Assembly: GCA_043804695.1 (NCBI GenBank)
Contig: JAZDIV010000052.1
Span: forward strand, 1-52,103
Direction: 5' to 3'
DNA from: PVC group bacterium
GTDB taxonomy: Bacteria > Auribacterota > Erginobacteria > Erginobacterales > Erginobacteraceae
Length of the DNA: 52,103 bases
The notes beneath the pieces are model-generated. The model saw only the letters and a list, made by a program, of their open reading frames with translations. It was not told the origin of the DNA and did no database searches. How positions within the stretch are numbered: the first letter of the stretch is position 1; the number at the start of each line of letters is the position of its first letter. Of this stretch, positions 38,180 through 45,988 are shown piece after piece. Both the position numbers and the translations under genes were made by a program.

Positions 38180-38284
38180 TATAAATTAGCTCGCTACGCT
38201 CGCAAATTTACCGTTTTCAATCTATTATATATTCTAACAAGATGTGATTAACATAAATTAGCGACCGCAGGGAGCTAATTTATA
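38180..38284. repeat. Hairpin-family copies 4 and 5 in the divergent ktrB/nuclease promoter region
   Basis: TATAAATTAGC-TCGCTACGCTC-GCAAATTTA (38180-38210); ATAAATTAGC-GACCGCAGGGA-GCTAATTTAT (38253-38283) next to the AGGAGG RBS. Confidence 0.85.
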
Positions 38285-38296
38285 AAGGAGGCCGAG

Positions 38297-40024
38297 ATGG
38301 AAGTCATCAAGCTGTCACTCGGGAAGATACGAACATTTCTGCAGTGTCCCTTGAAGTATAAACTGGCCCATATCGACCAGATCTCGGTACCGGCAAAGTC
38401 CAGTCCCGGCCTCAGCTTCTACCAGGCTCTTCACAGCGCTCTGGAATACTTCCACAAAGAGGGAACGACCCCCCTTCCCTCCGAAGAATTCCTCCTCAAC
38501 CTGTTCGCCCGCAACTGGGATCCTTCCGGTTACAAGGACGCCGGAGAGGAGAAGCAGTACCGGGGTCTGGGCGAGAACATCCTGAAGGATTTCTACCGTT
38601 CCTACTCGGCCCAGAAGCATGATGTCAAGTACCTGAGCCTGATGGTCAAGGTCAAAACAAAAAAATGTTTCATCTCTTCCCGGGCGGACCGGGTGGACCT
38701 GCTCCCCGACGGGACGTATGAGGTCATCAACTACAAGACGGGAAAGAACGTTCTGGAACCGGCCGAGTTGGCCCGTGATCTGCAGGCGGTCATCATTTAT
38801 CTGGGGGCGAACGCTCACAAGAGGCTGGAAGGGAACGTGTCGAAAGTCAGCTTTTACTTTCTCCGCAGCAACCGGAAGATCAGCGTTACGCCGACTCTGG
38901 AAGATATCAAAGCCGTGACCGGCCTGATCGACCAGACCGCCGCGAACATCGTCAGCCTGGAGAAAGGCAGAAACGTCATGCTCTCTCTCCTCGACCGGAT
39001 TTTGCCGGAATCGAAGAAAATATCGGGAAGCGTCGATGACCCCGCGGCCCTGGCCGAGAAAGGGGCTCTTTGCAATTCCTGCGAATACCTGGACGCCTGT
39101 CCCGCCTGGCCGGTGACGCCGCGGGTGATCGCCGGGGAAACGCCGGAAGTCTTCAGAGAACGGATCCGGCTCAGCTACTCCAAGCTCAGTTCCTACAAAC
39201 GCTGCCCCCGGGCCTGGAAAAACTCCTACCTGGACGGGAAGTTCAGCCGGGAGCCGAAACCGTTCTTCTCTTTCGGGACCGCCATCCACGAGACCTTTGA
39301 GAATTACTACGATCCCCACGGTTCCAGAAAATCTTCGCTCAAGCACCTCCTCAGCCTCTGGGATACGGCATTCAACAACCACCGGGAAGGATACCGGGAC
39401 GAGGACGAGAAAAAGAAATACTACAACCAGGGGGTAGAGCAGCTGACCAGGTATCACCGGCACTACTGCGCCGACGGGAAATACCGTCCCGCCCACGCCA
39501 TCGAAGCCTACTTCGAGGTGCCCCTGGGGAAAAACGCGGTCATGACCGGCTTCGTTGACCGGATCGACCGGCTCCCTGACGGCGCCTTCGAGATTCTTGA
39601 CTACAAAACGGAACCGACCCGCAGAAGCCAGCCGGCCGCGGATGAGGACGACCAGCTGACCATCTACTTCTGGGCCTGTCAGACGCTTTTCACGATGACC
39701 ATCAAACAGATGTCGCTCCTGATGACCAACTTCGACGAGCAGATCGTCACCACCAGAAAGGAGGAAGACTTCCCCGAAGTGGTGGCGGCCATCGATGCGG
39801 TCGCTGCGGAGATGAAGGAAAACATCAAACTCTTCCAGGCGAGTTACTCTCCCGATCAGGAAGAGAGCGGCTATTTCCCCCCCAAGAAGAACAAGTACTG
39901 CAAGAACTGCGACATCCTTGAAACCTGCCCGCTGAAGCCCGAGATCACGGGGGACACCTCGCTCCGGACCATGGAGTATACCGGCGGCGATCAGGAAGAA
40001 ACGCTAACCGCGGAATACGAATAA
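38297..40024 (+). CDS. Tandem double PD-(D/E)XK (RecB/AddB/Cas4-like) nuclease
   Basis: Two homologous halves: LSLGKIRTFLQCP...ADRVD..INYKTG...CNSCEYLDACP and LSYSKLSSYKRCP...GFVDRID..LDYKT..QLTIY...CKNCDILETCP. Confidence 0.88.
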   Translation: MEVIKLSLGKIRTFLQCPLKYKLAHIDQISVPAKSSPGLSFYQALHSALEYFHKEGTTPLPSEEFLLNLFARNWDPSGYKDAGEEKQYRGLGENILKDFYRSYSAQKHDVKYLSLMVKVKTKKCFISSRADRVDLLPDGTYEVINYKTGKNVLEPAELARDLQAVIIYLGANAHKRLEGNVSKVSFYFLRSNRKISVTPTLEDIKAVTGLIDQTAANIVSLEKGRNVMLSLLDRILPESKKISGSVDDPAALAEKGALCNSCEYLDACPAWPVTPRVIAGETPEVFRERIRLSYSKLSSYKRCPRAWKNSYLDGKFSREPKPFFSFGTAIHETFENYYDPHGSRKSSLKHLLSLWDTAFNNHREGYRDEDEKKKYYNQGVEQLTRYHRHYCADGKYRPAHAIEAYFEVPLGKNAVMTGFVDRIDRLPDGAFEILDYKTEPTRRSQPAADEDDQLTIYFWACQTLFTMTIKQMSLLMTNFDEQIVTTRKEEDFPEVVAAIDAVAAEMKENIKLFQASYSPDQEESGYFPPKKNKYCKNCDILETCPLKPEITGDTSLRTMEYTGGDQEETLTAEYE

Positions 40025-40068
40025 TTTATTTTTCCCTCAGGAGTTTTCACTCCTGAGGGAAAAATAAA
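40025..40068. terminator. Perfect 20-bp-arm hairpin between convergent genes
   Basis: TTTATTTTTCCCTCAGGAGT-TTTC-ACTCCTGAGGGAAAAATAAA. Confidence 0.7.
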
Positions 40069-40178
40069 TACGGAAAAACTTCTCAATAACAAAAAAACAG
40101 GGAAGGGCTGTCGGTTGGATGGTTGACCGGGCCGTTCGATGTTGAACGTTGGGCGTTCCCTTTTTTACCCCCCCTCCC

Positions 40179-41534
40179 CTACCAGCCTCTCAGTTCGCGG
40201 AGGTAGCGCTTGATCAGGTCGGCCTGCGAGGAGGCGGGGACCAGGATCAGGTACCGCCGGAGATGATGGGCGGCATCGGCCCGCTCTTTCTTCTGGTAGG
40301 CCAGAATCCCCGAGTTCAGGTGAGCCGGCGCGTAGTCGGGATCAATCCGGAGGAGGCGGGAGTACTGCTGGAGGGCTTGATTCCTCTCTCCCCCCGCGCT
40401 GTAAGCCACCGCGAGGTTGTACCTCGAGGGGAGGAAAAACGGATCTTCCACCAGCGCTTCCCGGTAGAGGGCGGCTGCCTCGCTGTTTCTCCCCTCGGCC
40501 TGCATCCGGGCCGCCGCCGCGAAGAGAGCCGGAACTCCTTCGGGAGGAAGACCGGAGAGGAAGACCAGTTCCGGGTCGAGGCGCCGGGCTTCCGCCAGCT
40601 CCCGGGCGGAGGCCGCGTCCATCTCCAGCCCCCGGTAGACAACCCCCAGATTATAATGCCAGCGGGCGTTCGCGGGCTCCAGCCGGACCAGGCCCTCGAA
40701 GCAGCGCCGGGCGCCGGCCAGGTCATCCCGTTCATACGACAGGTTGGCGAGGGCGATCTGGGTTTCACGGTGCGCCGGGGCGGCCTGGAGCGCCTTGTGG
40801 TAGAGAGCCGCCGCCTCATCCTGCCGCCCCTGGCGGGAAGCGATGTAGCCGAGGCAGTAATTCACCGGGGCTGCCTCGGCGCCGTTCCGGGCCGCTGTTT
40901 CCAGGTGCCGGCGGGCGGCATCGAGATTTCCCTGTTCCAGAGAAAGCACTCCGGCCAGGTAGGCGGCGGAGCCGGATTCGGGCGCGCGTTCCAGAACCTG
41001 CCTGATTTCGGCCAGGCTGAGGTCGATCTTGCCCTGCTGATAAAGGATGCGCGCTTTCCGGTAGCGCAGCGCCATCGTCTCCGGCTGAAGCCGGATTGCT
41101 TTTTCATAATGGACCAGCGCCGGCCCGGCGTCGCCTCGTTTTTCGTAGAGGACACCGGTCAGGTATTCGGCGTTAAAATGATACAGATGATCCGGATTAA
41201 GCCGGGCGAGCCGATCCGCTGCCTCCCGGTAATACCGGAGGGCCAGCTCGTCATCGCCCTCTTCCTGGCAACAGTAGCCCAGTTCATAGAGGAGCCGGCC
41301 GTCATCGGCGCCGCCGGCTACCGCCGCGGCCAGCTTCTCGCGGGCCCGGCCGACCTCGTGTTTCTGAAAATACCAACGTCCCTCCCGGGCCGGAGTCAGC
41401 CACTGGTGCTTCTTCTCCCACTGCTCGAGATATTTCCAGGAGACATCGGGATGAAGCCGCATCCAGCGGGTCTGTGGAACAGCAACCGCAGGCAGCAATA
41501 AACACCAGATAAGACAGAGCATTATTTTTTTCAT
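40179..41534 (-). CDS. Secreted TPR-repeat protein
   Basis: Signal peptide and about 10 TPR motifs (HYNLGVVY, RYNLAVAY). Confidence 0.9.
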   Translation of the reverse strand: MKKIMLCLIWCLLLPAVAVPQTRWMRLHPDVSWKYLEQWEKKHQWLTPAREGRWYFQKHEVGRAREKLAAAVAGGADDGRLLYELGYCCQEEGDDELALRYYREAADRLARLNPDHLYHFNAEYLTGVLYEKRGDAGPALVHYEKAIRLQPETMALRYRKARILYQQGKIDLSLAEIRQVLERAPESGSAAYLAGVLSLEQGNLDAARRHLETAARNGAEAAPVNYCLGYIASRQGRQDEAAALYHKALQAAPAHRETQIALANLSYERDDLAGARRCFEGLVRLEPANARWHYNLGVVYRGLEMDAASARELAEARRLDPELVFLSGLPPEGVPALFAAAARMQAEGRNSEAAALYREALVEDPFFLPSRYNLAVAYSAGGERNQALQQYSRLLRIDPDYAPAHLNSGILAYQKKERADAAHHLRRYLILVPASSQADLIKRYLRELRGW

Positions 41535-41608
41535 AGATAAACTCTCTAAAATGATTGTTAGTTAGACCCTGCTTGAAAAGGATTTCGAGCAGGAAATCCG
41601 AGAAAACT

Positions 41609-42355
41609 CTATTCCCCCGGCTTATTTTTAGATAGTGTTTCTATCAACCAGGCGGGATTGTTGCTGGCGACGCCATCAACGAAACAGCGGGCAACCCTCT
41701 CCAGCTCGCTTTTGCGGTCGATGGTCCAGGCGATGACTTCTCTTCCCGCCCGGTGTGCCGCGGCCACCCGGGGAGCGGTGATGATGTTCCAGCGGGCGGA
41801 GAGGACATCGAGACCCGAGTAGCCGTCATCCGCGCACTCCTTCCAGGCTTCTTCCCGGCTGAAGATCAACCCCGTCCGGATCGCCGGCCGGACGGTCCGG
41901 CAGAGCCGGACCGCCTCCCGGTCGAAAGAGGCCACCATCACCCGGTTTTGGAACCGCTCCCGCTCGACAATCTTCAGGACCCGGCGGACCAGCTCCGGCC
42001 GCGCTTCCTCCCTCCCGGCGTCAATTTTCAATTCAACGCAGAGCCCGATCCGTCCGGGGGCGATCTCACGGATGACTTCCTCCAGAGTGGGGATTTTCTC
42101 CCCGGCGAAATCAGCAGAGAAATATCCTCCGGCATCAAGTCTTTTTAGTTCCGCCAGGGTTCTTTCCTCTACCGGGCCGGCCCCATCGGTGGTCCGGGAG
42201 AGGTCGCGATCGTGAAAGACCACGACCGCCTGGTCCCGGCTCAGGCGGAGATCAAGCTCGATCAGGTCCGCTCCGACCCGGACCGCCTCCCGGAACGCGG
42301 CCAGGGTATTTTCCGGCGCTACCGCCGAGGCTCCCCGATGGGCAATGGATAACAT
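41609..42355 (-). CDS. Glycerophosphodiester phosphodiesterase (UgpQ/GlpQ family)
   Basis: IAHRGASAVAPENTL, ELDLRLS, VFHD, IPTLEE, VELK. Confidence 0.95.
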   Translation of the reverse strand: MLSIAHRGASAVAPENTLAAFREAVRVGADLIELDLRLSRDQAVVVFHDRDLSRTTDGAGPVEERTLAELKRLDAGGYFSADFAGEKIPTLEEVIREIAPGRIGLCVELKIDAGREEARPELVRRVLKIVERERFQNRVMVASFDREAVRLCRTVRPAIRTGLIFSREEAWKECADDGYSGLDVLSARWNIITAPRVAAAHRAGREVIAWTIDRKSELERVARCFVDGVASNNPAWLIETLSKNKPGE

Positions 42356-42462
42356 CTGTCGTCTATCTCACACGGTAAGGCCGCATTTTAAAAAACCACG
42401 AAGATTACGCTGGCGCGGCGCAGCGCGGCGGCGCGCAGGCATGATCTTCGTGGTGACTTAAA

Positions 42463-45400
42463 TCAGAGAACGGACGCACCGGAGGGGTTGATGGCCAGGC
42501 CGGTGACCGGCAGATCGCCGGATCTCCCGAAGTAAATCCGGGTGATCCCCCGCACCGACCACAGTCCGCCGGACTCCCGGAAGATCGCGATGTCCGCCTT
42601 CAGCTTCCCCCGGTAATTCCCCGGCACCGGACGGTCGCCGGCCGCTCCGAAGTAGAAACGGCTATAGTCCCGGATCGCCCAGAGACCGGAGCTTCCCCGG
42701 AAGACCCCGAGGCTGGTCGCGCCCGGGTAGAGGCCGGGGTAATTGGCCGGAACGGGCATATCCCCCGATCGGCCGAAATAGGCCCGGGTCAATCCCCGGA
42801 CCGCCCAGAGGCCGGTGTACCCGCGGAAAACAGCGATGTATTTCTCCGGGTGGGCGCCGTTAAACGGTATCGGGAGGTCACCGCTCTTTCCAAAGTAGGC
42901 CCGGGTCACCCCCCTGATCGCCCAGAGGCCGATCTCTGCGCGGAAAAGGGCAATCTGACAGACTCCGATACCGGAATAATCCCCCGGGACCGGGATGTCG
43001 CCCGCCCGTCCGAAATAGGTCCGGCTGACGCCTCTGACCGCCCAGAGGCCGGTGGCAGCCCGGAAGACGGCGATGTCGGAAAGGCCGTCGCCGTTGAAAT
43101 CGCCCGAGACGGGCGTGTCTCCGCTCCCGCCGAAGTAGGTCCGGGTCACTCCCTTGATCGCCCAGAGACCGGAACTGCGCCGGAAGACGGCGAGATCGGA
43201 GGTCCCGTCGCCGTCATAGTCGCCGCTGTCGATCGAGGCCGGGAAAAAGACGGGGGTGGGGGCCGGGCTCGGGGTGGGATAAACTCCCCTCCGGTAGAGC
43301 GGGAAATTGATCCCGCCGGTGTTGGAAGGAATCCTGGTGGCCTGGCCCTGGTTGTCTTTCTGGTCGTAATACTGGCCACGGTAATCCGGGTTCTCGAAGA
43401 CATCCGCGTACACCAGATAGGTCCCGATGTTGAGGGTCCCGGTAGAATAATACCCCTGGCTGTTGGAAATCCCGGCACTCGTTATGGATGGTCCCATCGC
43501 CCGGACGTAGATATCAGCGATGCCGGCCCCCGTTACCCGGTCGTAGACCCGGCCCGAGATCGGCCCCATCACGATCACCGGGGTGGGGGTGGGCCGGGGG
43601 GTCGGCGAACGGGACGCGGTCGGGCGCGGGGTGGGAGGGATGGACGGGGTCGGCGGCGGTGTTGGTGGCACGCTGGGGGAAGGAGTCGGTGACGGGAAGA
43701 CATCGAACGCTTTCATCACCGCCATGTGGTCCATCGCGGTGCTGTGGGAGTCCCCATACAGGACCGGTGGAAGGTTCCAGAGCGGGGTGCTGGCAGGCGC
43801 ATCCGTCGTTTCGGCCCACCGGGAGAAGACGTGGCTGTCGAAGACAATCCCCTCGTCGTATTCGTAATCCTCGGTACCGATAATCAGGGTGTCATGAAGA
43901 TTGTCCAGGAGCTGGTTCGGCATGATCCAGTCGTAGGGGCTGTCTCGCGGCTGGTTGGTGTTTTCGTTCCCAAGCCGGTCCTCCGGCCGATGGCTGGTCG
44001 GCTCGAGAAAAGTGGCGAAAGTCTGGATGCACCACTCGTACTGGCTTTCCGTGTTCAGATCCCCGCCGACGACGATGTAGCCGGCGAAGCCCTGGGAAGC
44101 GATATAATCCTCAACATAGGTCTTGATGAGAGTGGCTTCCAGGGCCCGCTCGGCGGCTTCCCCCGCGTCCGCTTTCAGATGAACACTGACAGCCAACAGA
44201 TCAGTATCTCCCGGGAGGTTGATCTCTGCCCAGGCAAAGTCCGGCTTCTTGGTACCCACGGTATCCGGCCAGTTCCCCGCGGTCTGGATCGCCCAGCGGC
44301 TGACGATTCCGTTGTTCTGGGCCCAGGACTGCCCGATCGGATCAGGATAGCTGGGATCATAACCCAGAAAATAATAAAATTCCGCGCCGAATGCTTCATC
44401 GACATAGTCCCGATAGGTGCCGTCAGCGATTTTCCACTCCTGGAGCAGGGCGATATCCGGGGCCAGACCCTGGAAGATCCTGATCGACTGGTTCCCGGCA
44501 AAGGTGCCGATCTTGCTGACATTGGCGGTCTGGATCTTAAGTGAGGCCGGCGACGGGGCTGGCTGATAGACGAGGTAGGAGACCGCGCAGGTAACCACGG
44601 CGGAGGTGTATCGTATCCGCATGTACCCGCTCTCACCCCAATCCGTTCCCCAGGAGTTGCGCAGTATCCAGCATCCTCCCCCTCCTTCCGGAGGGGAGTC
44701 GTCCCAGCCAACCAGGGAGACAGCATGGTTGGAGGTAGTATGGTCGCAGGGAGACCCGTCGCAGGTGGTGTTGGAGTCTTCATAAACCCCGTGGGCGTAA
44801 CCTTGAAAAGCGGATCCAACATAGACCGCAACGTCTACCACACCATAGGTCATGATCGCGGTTTTGATGGCGTCGATGTCATCGCAGGGGACCCGGTACC
44901 AGGATTGGAATTGAGTGAGCGCTGGATAAGTTCCGAACGGGCAGCTCTGTTCATGGTCGCTATAAGGGTATTCAGTCTCGGTGCAGATGCCGTAATCGAT
45001 CAGGGCCTGCAATTCATCATAATCATAGTCGGCCCCGGAACAGCCGTCAAATCCGCTGTAATGGTCGGAAAGACAGAAAGCGATAAAGGCCTCGGAAAAA
45101 TCCGCGCGGGCACCGTCATACCTGCCGGTGGCCCAGTTATAGGTCCCTTCCGCGGCGGCGGCGGCGCCAAATGCATAACAGGAGCCGCAATCGCCCTGGT
45201 CCCCAACGGAGCCGATATATGAACGGCCGTTGTAATTTCTCCAGTCAAAACTGGCCGGAAGAGTCTTCTTTCCCAAATGTTTTGCCAGTGGGCCGATTCC
45301 GTCGTGAAAGGAACGGCGCCGGGGAGAAAGAGGCTGGTGACGGCTGAAAAATGATGCTTTTTCATTCGGGGACATATCGAAGACCCAGTTATTCTCTACG

Positions 45401-45576
45401 GCGAATTGATACCCGTTATGGTCGATCTTGTACCGGATATCTTCCAGCGTATCATCCGGCTCAAAAGGGAGGATATCCGCTCCGACGACAAGAGCGATCG
45501 GGAGAAAAATTACTGATCCCATGAGGACTATGACCGCTAAGACCCCGGCTGACTTATAAGAACGAGATCGCTTCAT
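42463..45576 (-). CDS. Secreted multidomain protein: C1A papain peptidase + EEP (DNase I-like) + Pro/Thr linker + CarboxypepD_reg-like + 6 FG-GAP-like repeats
   Basis: QGDCGSCYAF, NHAVSLVGW, WILRNSWG; LLQEW, SVHL, GGDLN, YDWI, MDH; six ~40-aa GDYxGDG...GLWAxRG...YFG repeats; AAGGAG RBS before ATG 45576. Confidence 0.88.
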   Translation of the reverse strand: MKRSRSYKSAGVLAVIVLMGSVIFLPIALVVGADILPFEPDDTLEDIRYKIDHNGYQFAVENNWVFDMSPNEKASFFSRHQPLSPRRRSFHDGIGPLAKHLGKKTLPASFDWRNYNGRSYIGSVGDQGDCGSCYAFGAAAAAEGTYNWATGRYDGARADFSEAFIAFCLSDHYSGFDGCSGADYDYDELQALIDYGICTETEYPYSDHEQSCPFGTYPALTQFQSWYRVPCDDIDAIKTAIMTYGVVDVAVYVGSAFQGYAHGVYEDSNTTCDGSPCDHTTSNHAVSLVGWDDSPPEGGGGCWILRNSWGTDWGESGYMRIRYTSAVVTCAVSYLVYQPAPSPASLKIQTANVSKIGTFAGNQSIRIFQGLAPDIALLQEWKIADGTYRDYVDEAFGAEFYYFLGYDPSYPDPIGQSWAQNNGIVSRWAIQTAGNWPDTVGTKKPDFAWAEINLPGDTDLLAVSVHLKADAGEAAERALEATLIKTYVEDYIASQGFAGYIVVGGDLNTESQYEWCIQTFATFLEPTSHRPEDRLGNENTNQPRDSPYDWIMPNQLLDNLHDTLIIGTEDYEYDEGIVFDSHVFSRWAETTDAPASTPLWNLPPVLYGDSHSTAMDHMAVMKAFDVFPSPTPSPSVPPTPPPTPSIPPTPRPTASRSPTPRPTPTPVIVMGPISGRVYDRVTGAGIADIYVRAMGPSITSAGISNSQGYYSTGTLNIGTYLVYADVFENPDYRGQYYDQKDNQGQATRIPSNTGGINFPLYRRGVYPTPSPAPTPVFFPASIDSGDYDGDGTSDLAVFRRSSGLWAIKGVTRTYFGGSGDTPVSGDFNGDGLSDIAVFRAATGLWAVRGVSRTYFGRAGDIPVPGDYSGIGVCQIALFRAEIGLWAIRGVTRAYFGKSGDLPIPFNGAHPEKYIAVFRGYTGLWAVRGLTRAYFGRSGDMPVPANYPGLYPGATSLGVFRGSSGLWAIRDYSRFYFGAAGDRPVPGNYRGKLKADIAIFRESGGLWSVRGITRIYFGRSGDLPVTGLAINPSGASVL

Positions 45577-45616
45577 AGAGAATCTCCTTGAAAATTTTTC
45601 TCCGAAAAATTTAAGC

Positions 45617-45702
45617 ATGAACTTAGCGCCTTCGGCGCAACCTCGTAGTGCCCTGATGTAATCGGGGCTTATTTCGGGCAGGGCTAAAGCCCTGCACTAC
45701 GA
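45617..45702. repeat. Hairpin-family copy 6 followed by an inverted GTAG REP doublet
   Basis: ATGAACTTAGCGCC-TTC-GGCGCAACCT; TCGTAGTGCCC...GCAGGGC-TAAA-GCCCTGCACTACGA. Confidence 0.75.
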
Positions 45703-45744
45703 CAATTAATCCGACCGTATGCAGTTTTTACATCAACGATTGCG

Positions 45745-45870
45745 GTCATTGCGAGCGTTAGCCGAAGCCGCGAGCAAAGCGTGGCGGGAAGCAATCTTTT
45801 GCTGTGCATAGAGTTGAGATTGCGTAGCCTGTCCCGAGCGATAGCGAAGGATCTCGCTCCTCGCAATGAC
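45745..45870. repeat. Second GTCATTGCGAG...CTCGCAATGAC palindromic element
   Basis: Same termini and internal GAAGCAATC/GAGATTGC as the element at 3217, with different inserts. Confidence 0.85.
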
Positions 45871-45988
45871 ATGTCCATACAATTATGGACTTACTAATAA
45901 CTGTAGTGATCGAGCTTGCTCGGACTTGAGCAGATCCCCGGAAGAAGCGGGATGAAAGCACAAGCTCCGTTACTACATTATAAACTAT

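Noticed and set aside
38052..38180. c-di-AMP (ydaO) riboswitch upstream of ktrB
   Set aside because: Expected from context, but the conserved ydaO motifs are not visible; an Rfam scan would settle it
38297..40024. Cas4 of a CRISPR system
   Set aside because: No cas1/cas2 or array in the window; motifs fit the broader PD-(D/E)XK_1 family
40149..41501. Long antisense ORFs (also 38315-39496, 21534-22475, 36810-37664, 16677-17450, 32009-32800)
   Set aside because: Shadow frames of high-GC genes with clear family motifs on the other strand; no motifs of their own
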